Positions 37,411-46,658 of a DNA stretch of 64,000 bases are shown here, piece by piece (the first letter of the stretch is position 1; each line of letters opens with the position of its first letter). The translations under genes and the position numbers were made by a program. The notes beneath the pieces were generated by a model. That model had not been told where the DNA came from and made no database searches. It worked only from the letters and a program-made list of their open reading frames with translations. The stretch comes from Companilactobacillus sp. (GTDB lineage: Bacteria > Bacillota > Bacilli > Lactobacillales > Lactobacillaceae). The DNA is taken from positions 1,126,783-1,190,782 of the forward strand of contig NZ_JAKVLR010000001.1 of the NCBI RefSeq assembly GCF_022484265.1, in the 5' to 3' direction.

Positions 37411-37431
37411 GTTTGAGAGGTGGAAAAAATA

Positions 37432-38178
37432 ATGAATGTATCGATTAACACGGCTGTGTTTCTCCACAATATTGAAGCTGGAGAAAGTCAGCTGGATTGT
37501 TTAAAGAGATTATCTGGTTCTTCAATCGACAACATCGAAGTTCGTGGGGAAATGTTCGATGACGATACGAAAGATGAAGAATTAAAACGAATCAACCTGC
37601 TCTGTGCAGATAACGATTGGAAATTCTTTTATTCAGTTCCAGAACAACTTTTTAATACTAATGAAATCAATTCAAATTTAAGTGCTCATTTAGAAATGGC
37701 TGATAAATATCACATTGATCATTTAAAAATCAGCTTGGGCAATATGAGTCAGATCACGGAAAATCAACTGGTCGATTTAAAACGATTATTAGATCAACAC
37801 ACCGTTAAAGTTACGATTGAAAATCAACCTAATGATGACGGTATTGTCGATGTTGTTCAAAAGTCGTTAGCAAAATTGAAAAACTTCGACATCCCGCTCG
37901 GCTACACCTACGATGCTGGAAATTGGTATTGGATCTTTGAAACGCCAACTGATGCTTTTAATCACGTTAAAAACTACATCAGCGTCTTTCATCTAAAAGA
38001 TATCAAACGCAAACAAACAGTTATGTTGGACGATGGTGCCACCGACTGGCGGACGATCGTAAAACAATTAAAAGACGACACACCTATTTTCTTGGAATAT
38101 GACATCCCTGATAACATGCTTCAAAACCAAATCGATTTAGTCAACGAACTAATCAACGACAGTGTTGTTGAAGTATGA
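37432..38178 (+). CDS. sugar phosphate isomerase/epimerase (xylose isomerase-like TIM barrel)
   Basis: About 248 aa with the alternating beta/alpha pattern of the AP_endonuc_2 fold. RBS GAGAGGTGG. Its stop overlaps the next start. Confidence 0.55.
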   Translation: MNVSINTAVFLHNIEAGESQLDCLKRLSGSSIDNIEVRGEMFDDDTKDEELKRINLLCADNDWKFFYSVPEQLFNTNEINSNLSAHLEMADKYHIDHLKISLGNMSQITENQLVDLKRLLDQHTVKVTIENQPNDDGIVDVVQKSLAKLKNFDIPLGYTYDAGNWYWIFETPTDAFNHVKNYISVFHLKDIKRKQTVMLDDGATDWRTIVKQLKDDTPIFLEYDIPDNMLQNQIDLVNELINDSVVEV

Positions 38179-39380
38179 GCTACTTAGTTCAATTAGTTAT
38201 CATTTTAATTCTGACTAAAATTGGTGCGCATTTATCAAACATGTTGAATTTTCCCAGCGTGATCGGTGAATTATTGGTCGGTGTTGTCGCTGGACCGGCC
38301 GTGTTAAATATCTTAACGGGTACGACCTTCATTCAATATTTTTCCGAAATCGGCGTAATTGTCTTGATGTTTATCGCCGGACTTGAAGGCGATCTACACT
38401 TGCTAATGAAATTTTGGAAACCAGCCTTAACGGTTGCCATATTGGGAGTTATCTTCCCAACTATCACGGCTGCTGGGCTATGTGCTTTATTCTTTGGTTT
38501 CAAATGGACCACTGCCATCTTTATCGGCTTAGTCTTAAGTGCCACTTCTGTCAGCATTTCCGTTCAAGTGTTGAAAGAGATGGGCAAGATGAATACCAAA
38601 GAAGGTGCAATTATCTTAGGCGCTGCGGTAGCTGACGATATCATCTGCGTTATTTTGCTTGGTATCTGCGTAGCCTTCTTTGGCTCAGCTGCCAGCAGCA
38701 ATCAGCCATTATGGTTGATGATCTCCACTAAGTTATTGTTCTTCGTCTTGATGCTAGTTTTGGGAAGATACTTTGTCCCTCGATTTATGAACTTCTTCTC
38801 TAAATTGAACACTAGCGAAAATGAAGCTACAGGTGCCGTGATCCTTTGCTTTGGTTTTGCTGCCATTGCAGTTGCTTTAGGTATGAGCGATGTCTTAGGT
38901 GCATATTTTGCCGGGATCGCCTTATCAGAAACTAAGTACCAAAAGAGTTTGGCTCAAAAAATAGAGCCGATCGGTTATGCAATCTTCATTCCAGTCTTTT
39001 TTGTCAGTATTGGACTCAACATTACTTTCAAAGGACTCCAAAACGATATCGTCTTTATCATTGCTCTAATCGTCATCGCCATCTTAGGAAAACAAATTGG
39101 CGGTGCCCTAGGTGCAAAGATGTTTGGACTAAATTGGTCTGAATCAAATATCGTGGGCGCGGGAATGGTCTCACGTGGCGAGATGGCTTTAGTTGTCGCA
39201 AACGTAGCCTTAGGCGCTAAACTGATCGACCAAAATCACTACACAGCAATGATCTTAGTCACAGTAGTTACTACCATCATTGCTCCACTAATTTTGAAAT
39301 TCTTTATTCAAAGATCGACAAGTAATTCTGCAGTAAAAAAATCTATTAGTTCCCAATCAATTAATGAGGTGAAAATATGA
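38175..39380 (+). CDS. cation:proton antiporter (CPA2, Na_H_Exchanger family)
   Basis: 401 aa with about 11-12 TM segments. The LGAHLSNMLNFPSVIGELLVGVVAGP N-terminus is typical. ATGA overlap with the upstream gene. Confidence 0.75.
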   Translation: MSYLVQLVIILILTKIGAHLSNMLNFPSVIGELLVGVVAGPAVLNILTGTTFIQYFSEIGVIVLMFIAGLEGDLHLLMKFWKPALTVAILGVIFPTITAAGLCALFFGFKWTTAIFIGLVLSATSVSISVQVLKEMGKMNTKEGAIILGAAVADDIICVILLGICVAFFGSAASSNQPLWLMISTKLLFFVLMLVLGRYFVPRFMNFFSKLNTSENEATGAVILCFGFAAIAVALGMSDVLGAYFAGIALSETKYQKSLAQKIEPIGYAIFIPVFFVSIGLNITFKGLQNDIVFIIALIVIAILGKQIGGALGAKMFGLNWSESNIVGAGMVSRGEMALVVANVALGAKLIDQNHYTAMILVTVVTTIIAPLILKFFIQRSTSNSAVKKSISSQSINEVKI

Positions 39381-40891
39381 CAAAAGTTGGTTTTGGAACG
39401 GTCAATTGGATCGTCCTAGTCGTCTATCTACTTGCAATGCTTGGCGTTGGTGTTTACTTTACGAAAAAAGCTAGTAAAAATACCGATGCTTTCTTTAAAG
39501 CCAAAAGCAGCATTCCTGCTTGGGCTGCCGGATTTAGTATTTACGCTACAACTTTAAGTGCCATTACATTTATGTCAACGCCAGAACAAGCCTATCTCAA
39601 GGACTGGGCTTACGGCGTTGGTTCACTTAGTATCATTTTGATCGTGCCATTATTGATCAAATACTATGTTCCATTTTTTAGAAAATTAAAAGTTACTACA
39701 GCTTACGAATATCTAGAAGAACGTTTTAGTCCTGTCATGCGTGTCATTGGTAGTTTACTATTCATCCTCTACCATATCGGACGTGTTGCAATCGTTATTT
39801 ATCTACCAATCATCGCTATCACGACGGTCTCTAACATCAATCCGATTTTAATCGCCTGCGTTGTCGGTGGACTATGTATCATTTATACCTTCATGGGTGG
39901 TATCGAAGGTGTTATCTGGAGCGATGTTATCCAAGGAATCTTACTTCTTGGTGGAGCTCTCTTAGTTGTTATCGTGGGTATTGTTTCTATTAAAGGTGGT
40001 TTTGGAACAGTTATCAACGATGCCGTTACTAACCACAAGATCTTATCAAGCCAAGACTTAAACGTCGGCGACTTAACTAAGTTCATTCCATTGATCTTTG
40101 CCGGACAATTCTTCAACACCCTTTATCAATACACTGGTAGTCAAGATGTTGTTCAACGTTACCAAACAACTGCTACTCAAAAAGAAACTAACAAATCTCT
40201 TTGGACTAACGGAATCCTTGCCTTGATCACAATCCCATTGTTCTTCGGAATGGGTACAGTTCTCTTCAGTTTCTACAAGAACACAGGCTCATTGCCACAT
40301 GGATTCAATACTAGTGCTATCGTGCCTTACTTCGTTATCACAGAGATCCCTGCTGGTGTCGCTGGTTTGGTTATCGCTGCTATCTTTGCCGCAGCTCAAT
40401 CAACTATAGCTTCAAGTTTGAACGCTATTTCATCTTGTGTCGTAACAGACTTTAAGCAACGTTTCTTCGACCACAAGTTTAAAAATGTTTCTGACGTTAC
40501 TTTAGCTCGTATTATCATCATCATTACTGGACTCTTTGGGCTTGGCATGTCGATCTACTTATTGATTGGTAATGCTTCAAAGACTTGGGACTTATTCTTA
40601 ACGGTTACTGGACTCTTTGGTGTTCCAATTGCTGGAATTTTCGCAGCCGGAATCTTTACCAAACGTTCAAATACATTCGGAGCCGTGATTGGATTGATTC
40701 TTTGTGTTATTGTGACAGTGTTCGTCCAACAAAACAGCGATTCATCATTGATCGTTGCTACAGTTTCATTCATCACTTCATTCGTATTCACATACATCAT
40801 CAGTTTCTTTGCTCCAAAGAAATACACTCACAATATCGTCGGCTTAACAGCATCAACAGTTAACGAAAAATACGTTAAAGCTGCTAAATAA
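39377..40891 (+). CDS. sodium:solute symporter (SSS family), candidate sialic acid transporter
   Basis: 504 aa with about 13 TM segments and SSS motifs (GGIEGVIWSDVIQ). It overlaps the upstream stop and lies next to the nan genes. Confidence 0.7.
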   Translation: MTKVGFGTVNWIVLVVYLLAMLGVGVYFTKKASKNTDAFFKAKSSIPAWAAGFSIYATTLSAITFMSTPEQAYLKDWAYGVGSLSIILIVPLLIKYYVPFFRKLKVTTAYEYLEERFSPVMRVIGSLLFILYHIGRVAIVIYLPIIAITTVSNINPILIACVVGGLCIIYTFMGGIEGVIWSDVIQGILLLGGALLVVIVGIVSIKGGFGTVINDAVTNHKILSSQDLNVGDLTKFIPLIFAGQFFNTLYQYTGSQDVVQRYQTTATQKETNKSLWTNGILALITIPLFFGMGTVLFSFYKNTGSLPHGFNTSAIVPYFVITEIPAGVAGLVIAAIFAAAQSTIASSLNAISSCVVTDFKQRFFDHKFKNVSDVTLARIIIIITGLFGLGMSIYLLIGNASKTWDLFLTVTGLFGVPIAGIFAAGIFTKRSNTFGAVIGLILCVIVTVFVQQNSDSSLIVATVSFITSFVFTYIISFFAPKKYTHNIVGLTASTVNEKYVKAAK

Positions 40892-40924
40892 TTTTTGAAA
40901 GAAGCGATTACCTTGCGAGATCCA

Positions 40925-41893
40925 ATGCCATTAGCTGAAATGAAAAACTATCTAGGACGTCAGGAAGTACCATCAGATTTCGATGAATTTTGGAACCAGC
41001 AAATTTCTGAACTTCCCTCCTCCTTTAATTACACTTTGACTCCACAAAACTTTGGCCTAACTAATATCGACTGTTACGAGTTGTCATTTCAAGGTACTAA
41101 CCATTCAACCGTATACGCTAAGTGCCTTTTCCCAAAAAATTCGACTAATATTCCGACTGTCTTCAACTTCCATGGCTACATGGGACAATCAAGCGATTGG
41201 TCCGATTTACTCCAATACCCTGCCGTAGGATACGGAATCGTAGCGATGGACGTTCGTGGACAATCCGGTAAGTCGACTGACGAACGCTCAGTCACTGGCA
41301 ACACAGTCAAAGGACAAATCGTGCGTGGAGTAACTTCCGGAAGAGACAATCTCTTCTTCAAAGACGTTTACTTAGATGTTTATTCACTGATCGAGATCAT
41401 CGCCCAACAAGACTTTGTCGACAGCGATAATCTGGCGGTGTTTGGAGGCTCGCAAGGCGGTGCTTTATCGTTAGTGGCAGCAGCCTTAAATCCTCGAATT
41501 AAAAAAACTGCTGTCATCTATCCGTTCTTGTCTGATTTCAAACGAGTTTTGGAAATCGGCAACAGGGACGAGCCCTATGACGAGTTATTCCGTTACTTCA
41601 AGTTTTCTGATCCGCTTCATTTGACCGAAGATAAGATCTTAGACACACTTTCTTATATTGACGTTAAAAACATGGCGCATCGAATCAAGTCACCGGTTAA
41701 ACTATTTACTGGTCTAGAGGACCAGGTTTGCTTCCCTTCGACTCAATTTGCGATGTTTAACCGTTTAAACTGCGACAAAAAAATGTATCCCCTACCTGAA
41801 TATGGACATGAGGAAATGCACGTGCACGTTAACGACATGATTTTTAATTGGTTAACTGACAGTAAGATCCAGATCAAAACGCAGATGGAATAA
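40925..41893 (+). CDS. CE7 acetyl esterase (acetylxylan esterase/cephalosporin-C deacetylase family), candidate sialate O-acetylesterase
   Basis: The GGSQGG nucleophile motif and the MPLAEMKNY...PSDFDEFW N-terminus resemble the Axe1/Cah family. The ATG at 40925 matches family N-termini better than the TTG at 40895. Confidence 0.65.
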   Translation: MPLAEMKNYLGRQEVPSDFDEFWNQQISELPSSFNYTLTPQNFGLTNIDCYELSFQGTNHSTVYAKCLFPKNSTNIPTVFNFHGYMGQSSDWSDLLQYPAVGYGIVAMDVRGQSGKSTDERSVTGNTVKGQIVRGVTSGRDNLFFKDVYLDVYSLIEIIAQQDFVDSDNLAVFGGSQGGALSLVAAALNPRIKKTAVIYPFLSDFKRVLEIGNRDEPYDELFRYFKFSDPLHLTEDKILDTLSYIDVKNMAHRIKSPVKLFTGLEDQVCFPSTQFAMFNRLNCDKKMYPLPEYGHEEMHVHVNDMIFNWLTDSKIQIKTQME

Positions 41894-41917
41894 TTTCTGA
41901 CGTGTGTAACATCAAAT

Positions 41918-41955
41918 AAGACCGACTAATATTCTGATTAGTCGGTCTTATTTTG
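41918..41955 (+). terminator. rho-independent terminator after esterase gene
   Basis: AAGACCGACTAAT...ATTAGTCGGTCTT followed by ATTTTG. Confidence 0.8.
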
Positions 41956-42055
41956 ATTTTATTAATAAAATATTGTCTCAATACAAATAAAGCGCTTACT
42001 TCAATGGTTATTTTGCTAAAATGTAACTTGGAGCCAAAAAAATAAGCCTTGCGGC

Positions 42056-42835
42056 TTAGTCTTTAGTTTCTGCACGTTGTTCACGTTCCTCTTTAGAATT
42101 TTGGTGGATCGTCTTGTAAACCTTCATCGTCGCCATACCAATGTTCTTGGTATTTTCCATATCGAATTTCTTGGTGATGCTGTCTTTTCGAGAAACATAA
42201 TGATACAACGGAATATCATTTAAATAAAATCCCTTGGCGACTGTGGCATACTCAACATTGAACACCTGGTCTTCCATCAGAGCTAGATCAGTTAAAAAAC
42301 TGAGCTTGTGTTCATCGATAATTGACCGACGATACATCTTGTTCCAAGTGTAACCCATCACTGAACCGCTCATCTTGATGATCTGCTTGATGGCGTCGTC
42401 TCGATCGACTAGACCCAATCCCTTTTTTTCAGTCTGAGCTTTGCTCTTGCCGTTCTTGGAATCGATAAAGAAACCGCAACTGACTAAGTCCAGAGTAGGA
42501 TTTTCGGCAAATTGGGTTAAAAAATATTCAACGTAATTAGGCTCGACCCAGTCATCGCCGTCGACAAATGTGATGAACTGACTAGACGTCAATTGCATAC
42601 CAGTATTGCGGGCAGCCGATACTCCAGCATTTTGAGCATGACAAACAACCCGCAAGAAGCTATACTTTGCTTCTAATTCTTTTAGTATTTGTAGGGTATT
42701 ATCTGTGGAATGGTCGTCAACAGCCACAACTTCAAAATCCTTAACCGTTTGGTTGGCCAAGGATTCAATTGTTTTAGCAATGTATTGTTCAACATTGTAA
42801 GCTGACAAAATTATTGACAGTTTTATATTTATCAT
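42056..42835 (-). CDS. family 2 glycosyltransferase
   Basis: LSIILSAYNVEQYI...VDDHSTD...DGDD fits GT-A fold/DXD motifs. Confidence 0.8.
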   Translation of the reverse strand: MINIKLSIILSAYNVEQYIAKTIESLANQTVKDFEVVAVDDHSTDNTLQILKELEAKYSFLRVVCHAQNAGVSAARNTGMQLTSSQFITFVDGDDWVEPNYVEYFLTQFAENPTLDLVSCGFFIDSKNGKSKAQTEKKGLGLVDRDDAIKQIIKMSGSVMGYTWNKMYRRSIIDEHKLSFLTDLALMEDQVFNVEYATVAKGFYLNDIPLYHYVSRKDSITKKFDMENTKNIGMATMKVYKTIHQNSKEEREQRAETKD

Positions 42836-42898
42836 TAAATCACCTTAATAGCATTTTATCGCGAATGACCTAAAATGCGCAACAAGGGGGGAGCAAAC

Positions 42899-43651
42899 AT
42901 GAAACGAATTTTAGACCTCAAAGGCGCAATCAATCTGCGTGAACTCGGTGGCTATAAAACTACCACCGGTAAACAAGTTAAATACAAAAAGCTGCTCCGC
43001 TCAGGAGATATCAGCAACCTTACCCCGACTACTTTAGATTTCCTTAAGGACTACGGTCTAAAATACGTCGTAGACTTCCGGTCGATGAACGAGCAAAAAA
43101 TGTGGCCTGACGTCGAGTCGGATTTTTACAAAGTCTATCCTGACCCAGTCTATCCACTAAAGGGAAATGGCGAAAAACTAGCTAATATCTTGCCGCAAAA
43201 TTACGATTCATATCTGGGCATGGTCTATCAGACAATGGTGCTAGATTCCCACGCTCAGCAGTCGTATTCATTGCTGTTCCAATTGCTATTAAAAAACGAC
43301 CAGCCAGACCAATCAGTGCTATTTCACTGTGCAGCAGGCAAAGATCGGACCGGAGTCGGTGCTATTTTGATTTTAAAGGCCCTTCAAGTCGACACAGAGA
43401 CGATTGTTAAGGATTATCTACTAACTAACTTGATGTACGAAGATCACGCTACAATCGACAAAATACTCAATGACAAGCATGGCAATCAAACGCGAAATAA
43501 TATGAATATGACCAAGGCCGACATTCAAAGTATCGAGTCTGTCTTTGAAGCAATAAAACATTATTACGGAAATTTTGATAATTATTTAAATAACGCTTTA
43601 GGAGTAGACGCTAACGACCTAAAAGCCTTACGTGCCATTTACTTGGAATAA
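42899..43651 (+). CDS. tyrosine-protein phosphatase (Y_phosphatase3-like)
   Basis: HCAAGKDRTG is the CX5R active site. Start at ATG 42899 behind GGGGGGAG. Confidence 0.75.
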   Translation: MKRILDLKGAINLRELGGYKTTTGKQVKYKKLLRSGDISNLTPTTLDFLKDYGLKYVVDFRSMNEQKMWPDVESDFYKVYPDPVYPLKGNGEKLANILPQNYDSYLGMVYQTMVLDSHAQQSYSLLFQLLLKNDQPDQSVLFHCAAGKDRTGVGAILILKALQVDTETIVKDYLLTNLMYEDHATIDKILNDKHGNQTRNNMNMTKADIQSIESVFEAIKHYYGNFDNYLNNALGVDANDLKALRAIYLE

Positions 43652-43706
43652 TAAAACCTTTATAATCACTATATTCAAAAATAATTTTTTAGGAATGGAG
43701 ACGTCT

Positions 43707-45656
43707 ATGAGTTTTCTTGAGCTTAAAAATGTTCAAAAATCCTTTTTCCTAGGCAAAAAGAAATTCCCAGTCTTAAAGGGAATCGACTTAAGCCTTGATC
43801 GCGGAGAATTTGTATCAATTCTTGGTGAGTCCGGTGGTGGTAAAACTACTTTACTTAACACTATCGGTGGACTAGATTCGCAGTTTGAGGGCGATATCTT
43901 AGTCGATGGGAAATCGCTCAAAAAAGGTTCCGATAAGGCACTCGACAATTATCGTAGCCATACCGTAGGATTTGTTTTCCAAAGTTTTCATCTGATCAGT
44001 CACCTGACTGTTTTGGAAAACGTCTTAGTACCGCTTGAAATGTCAACGTTAAACCGACACGACCGCATAAAACGTGCCAAATCATTACTTGAAAAAGTTG
44101 GTTTGACTGAGCATATCGACAAGCATCCCAACCAATTATCTGGTGGTCAAAAGCAGCGTGTCGCAATCGCCCGTGCTTTAGCAAATGACCCCGATATCAT
44201 TATTGCCGATGAACCTACAGGTGCTCTTGATGCGCAAAACACCGAGGAAGTTTTACGTATCTTGAACGAAATCGCTGAAGAAGGCAAACTGGTTATCGCT
44301 GTTACTCATTCGCAAACAGTTGCTGACTACGGAACACGAATCGTTCACTTAGCAAATGGTGTGATCGACTCAGATACCAACATCCGCAATCACTATCCAG
44401 CACGTCCTTCAAGACGCGACCGCAAGATCACTCACTTGAACTTTGGAGATACTTTCCGACTAGCTTGGGAGCACATGCTTTACACTAAAGGTCGTAACAT
44501 TCTGATTATCCTTGGTGCCGCAATTGGTATTTTTTCAGTTATCTTCATGCTCGGTCTTGGTTCTGGTATTACTGGCTATATCAACAAGCAAATGTCTGAT
44601 CAAGTTAATCCTAATGCCATCCAAGTTACCAAAAACGCTGCCAGCAGTCAGGTAAATAGTTCAACTGACACGTCTGACATCACGATGACAAATGCCGATA
44701 TGAAACGTTTTGCTAAGATCGACCACGTCAAAAAAATTGAAAAAGCTTACTTTGCTCAAGCACCTAAGATCACTATGGGCAAGAAGAATATCTCAGTCCC
44801 TTACTTCCAAACTTGGAATGCCACTGAAAAATCTGGCGACATCGTTGCCGGTCACAAACCTGGTAAAAATGAGATCATCTTGCTCAAGTCTGATGCTACT
44901 AGACTTAACAAGAAGCATTACAAAGACTTAGTTGGTAAAACAATTACTATCTACGTACCTTCTCAAGATAGTAACAAGCAACCTGTCAATGTTAAGAAAA
45001 AATTGAAGATTTCCGGTATCATCAAATCTGGTTCAACCGCCATCACATTTGATACTTTGAAATCTGCTTCAGCTAAATACAACGTTTCGATCAAACCAAA
45101 CTTTGTTACTTTGACGGCTGATAGCACGCTTAACGTTAAGAAGATCCAAGACAAGATCAAGAGTTTTAAACATACTGTTAAAGGTAAACAAGTAGCTGTC
45201 TACACAATTACCGGTGTCGGAGCTATTATCGATTCGCTTAACACTTACTTGAAACTTGCCTTTGATGTTCTAGCTGCAATCGCAGGTATTTCCTTGATCG
45301 TTTCAGCTATCATGATCATCGTAGTTCTCTACATCAGTGTTTCAGAACGTACCCAAGAAATTGGTATCCTACGTGCCATTGGTGCTAGAAAGAAAGATAT
45401 CAGAAACATGTTTATTTCTGAGTCATTCTTGATTGGTTTATCCTCCGGTGTCTTTGCCGTCATAATTGCATACCTAGTCGAATGGGCGGCAAATTCGGCA
45501 GCACAGAACGCATTTAAGGCAACCATCGTAGCAATTTCACCAGGAAACGCAATTTTTGGAATCGTCGTAAGTATCTTGATCAGTTTAGTCGCCGCACTCG
45601 CACCATCAAGACGTGCCGCTAAACTAGATCCACGCGACTCATTAACAGATGAATAA
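43707..45656 (+). CDS. fused ABC ATPase + FtsX/MacB-type permease
   Basis: Walker A is GESGGGKTT, the signature is LSGGQKQR. A TM segment, a large extracytoplasmic domain and a C-terminal FtsX TM bundle follow. Start at ATG 43707 behind GGAG. Confidence 0.8.
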   Translation: MSFLELKNVQKSFFLGKKKFPVLKGIDLSLDRGEFVSILGESGGGKTTLLNTIGGLDSQFEGDILVDGKSLKKGSDKALDNYRSHTVGFVFQSFHLISHLTVLENVLVPLEMSTLNRHDRIKRAKSLLEKVGLTEHIDKHPNQLSGGQKQRVAIARALANDPDIIIADEPTGALDAQNTEEVLRILNEIAEEGKLVIAVTHSQTVADYGTRIVHLANGVIDSDTNIRNHYPARPSRRDRKITHLNFGDTFRLAWEHMLYTKGRNILIILGAAIGIFSVIFMLGLGSGITGYINKQMSDQVNPNAIQVTKNAASSQVNSSTDTSDITMTNADMKRFAKIDHVKKIEKAYFAQAPKITMGKKNISVPYFQTWNATEKSGDIVAGHKPGKNEIILLKSDATRLNKKHYKDLVGKTITIYVPSQDSNKQPVNVKKKLKISGIIKSGSTAITFDTLKSASAKYNVSIKPNFVTLTADSTLNVKKIQDKIKSFKHTVKGKQVAVYTITGVGAIIDSLNTYLKLAFDVLAAIAGISLIVSAIMIIVVLYISVSERTQEIGILRAIGARKKDIRNMFISESFLIGLSSGVFAVIIAYLVEWAANSAAQNAFKATIVAISPGNAIFGIVVSILISLVAALAPSRRAAKLDPRDSLTDE

Positions 45657-45666
45657 TTTAAGCAAA

Positions 45667-45701
45667 CAAAAACATCGAGATTTTAGTCTCGATGTTTTTT
45701 T
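45667..45701. terminator. bidirectional terminator between convergent ABC and Sel1 genes
   Basis: AAACATCGAGA...TCTCGATGTTT flanked by an A-run and a T-run. Confidence 0.8.
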
Positions 45702-45705
45702 GTGT

Positions 45706-46488
45706 TTAGCTAGCATCTGCCATTGCTTGATAAGCTTTTTTATAATAGCTTTCTGCTGTTGCTATATTTTTAGTTACTCCATATCCATGCTCATATAAGT
45801 TACCTAAAGCTGCCATCGCTGGTGCAGCGATGTTGTCGCCACGTGCAGCCGATTCTTTGTAATATTCATATGCTTTAGCGTAATCTTGCGTAACTCCATT
45901 GCCAGTTTCATAGATCTTGCCTAGTTCATATTGACTAGTAATATCGCCCTGTTCGGCACCTTTTTCAAAATATTTGATGGCGGTCGTCATATTCTTGGTC
46001 ACGCCTTTTCCTTGTTCGTAAATGTATCCAAGATATCGATATGCCTTCATATCAGTCTTTGATGCAGATTGGAAATACTTCATAGCCTTAGAATAATCAG
46101 CCTTAGTTGAACCATATCCATATAAGTAAACTATTCCAGCAATTTCTTCAGGAACACCAGTCTGTCCTTGATCGATTGCCTTTAATGCATATTCGAGTGC
46201 TTGATCGTAATTGACTGATACGCCACCTGTACCATGAAGCAATGCGGAACACCACAGTGCTTGAGCTGGACCATAGCCTTCTTCAGCTAATTTTTCGATA
46301 GTTTCCTTTTGACTGCTGAAATCGCCTTTTTTAGTACTCGACATTGCAGCATCAAATTCTTTTTTCATTGTTGAAGTGGAGACATTTTCGGTACTTGTAC
46401 CGGTAGTTGCTGCCTGAACTGAGGTTGAACCCGCAAACATGACTGTCGCAACTGCCATCACATTTATGAGTGAAATAAACTTTTTCAT
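45706..46488 (-). CDS. secreted Sel1-like (TPR-type) repeat protein
   Basis: Signal peptide, then 5-6 repeats of the Sel1 pattern (e.g. A.KYFEKGAEQGD..SQYELGKIYE.G.GV..D). Confidence 0.7.
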   Translation of the reverse strand: MKKFISLINVMAVATVMFAGSTSVQAATTGTSTENVSTSTMKKEFDAAMSSTKKGDFSSQKETIEKLAEEGYGPAQALWCSALLHGTGGVSVNYDQALEYALKAIDQGQTGVPEEIAGIVYLYGYGSTKADYSKAMKYFQSASKTDMKAYRYLGYIYEQGKGVTKNMTTAIKYFEKGAEQGDITSQYELGKIYETGNGVTQDYAKAYEYYKESAARGDNIAAPAMAALGNLYEHGYGVTKNIATAESYYKKAYQAMADAS

Positions 46489-46658
46489 TGAGTTCTCCTT
46501 TATAAAATCATTATTATAGTTAAATCATAGTGTTGCTATCTTAAAATAATGATAAAAATTTCAAGAATTTATAAATAATGATATATACGTCTTTTTATTA
46601 ATATATTTATTATATATAATTGAATCTATATTTAATTATAGAGGGGAAACAAATATAA

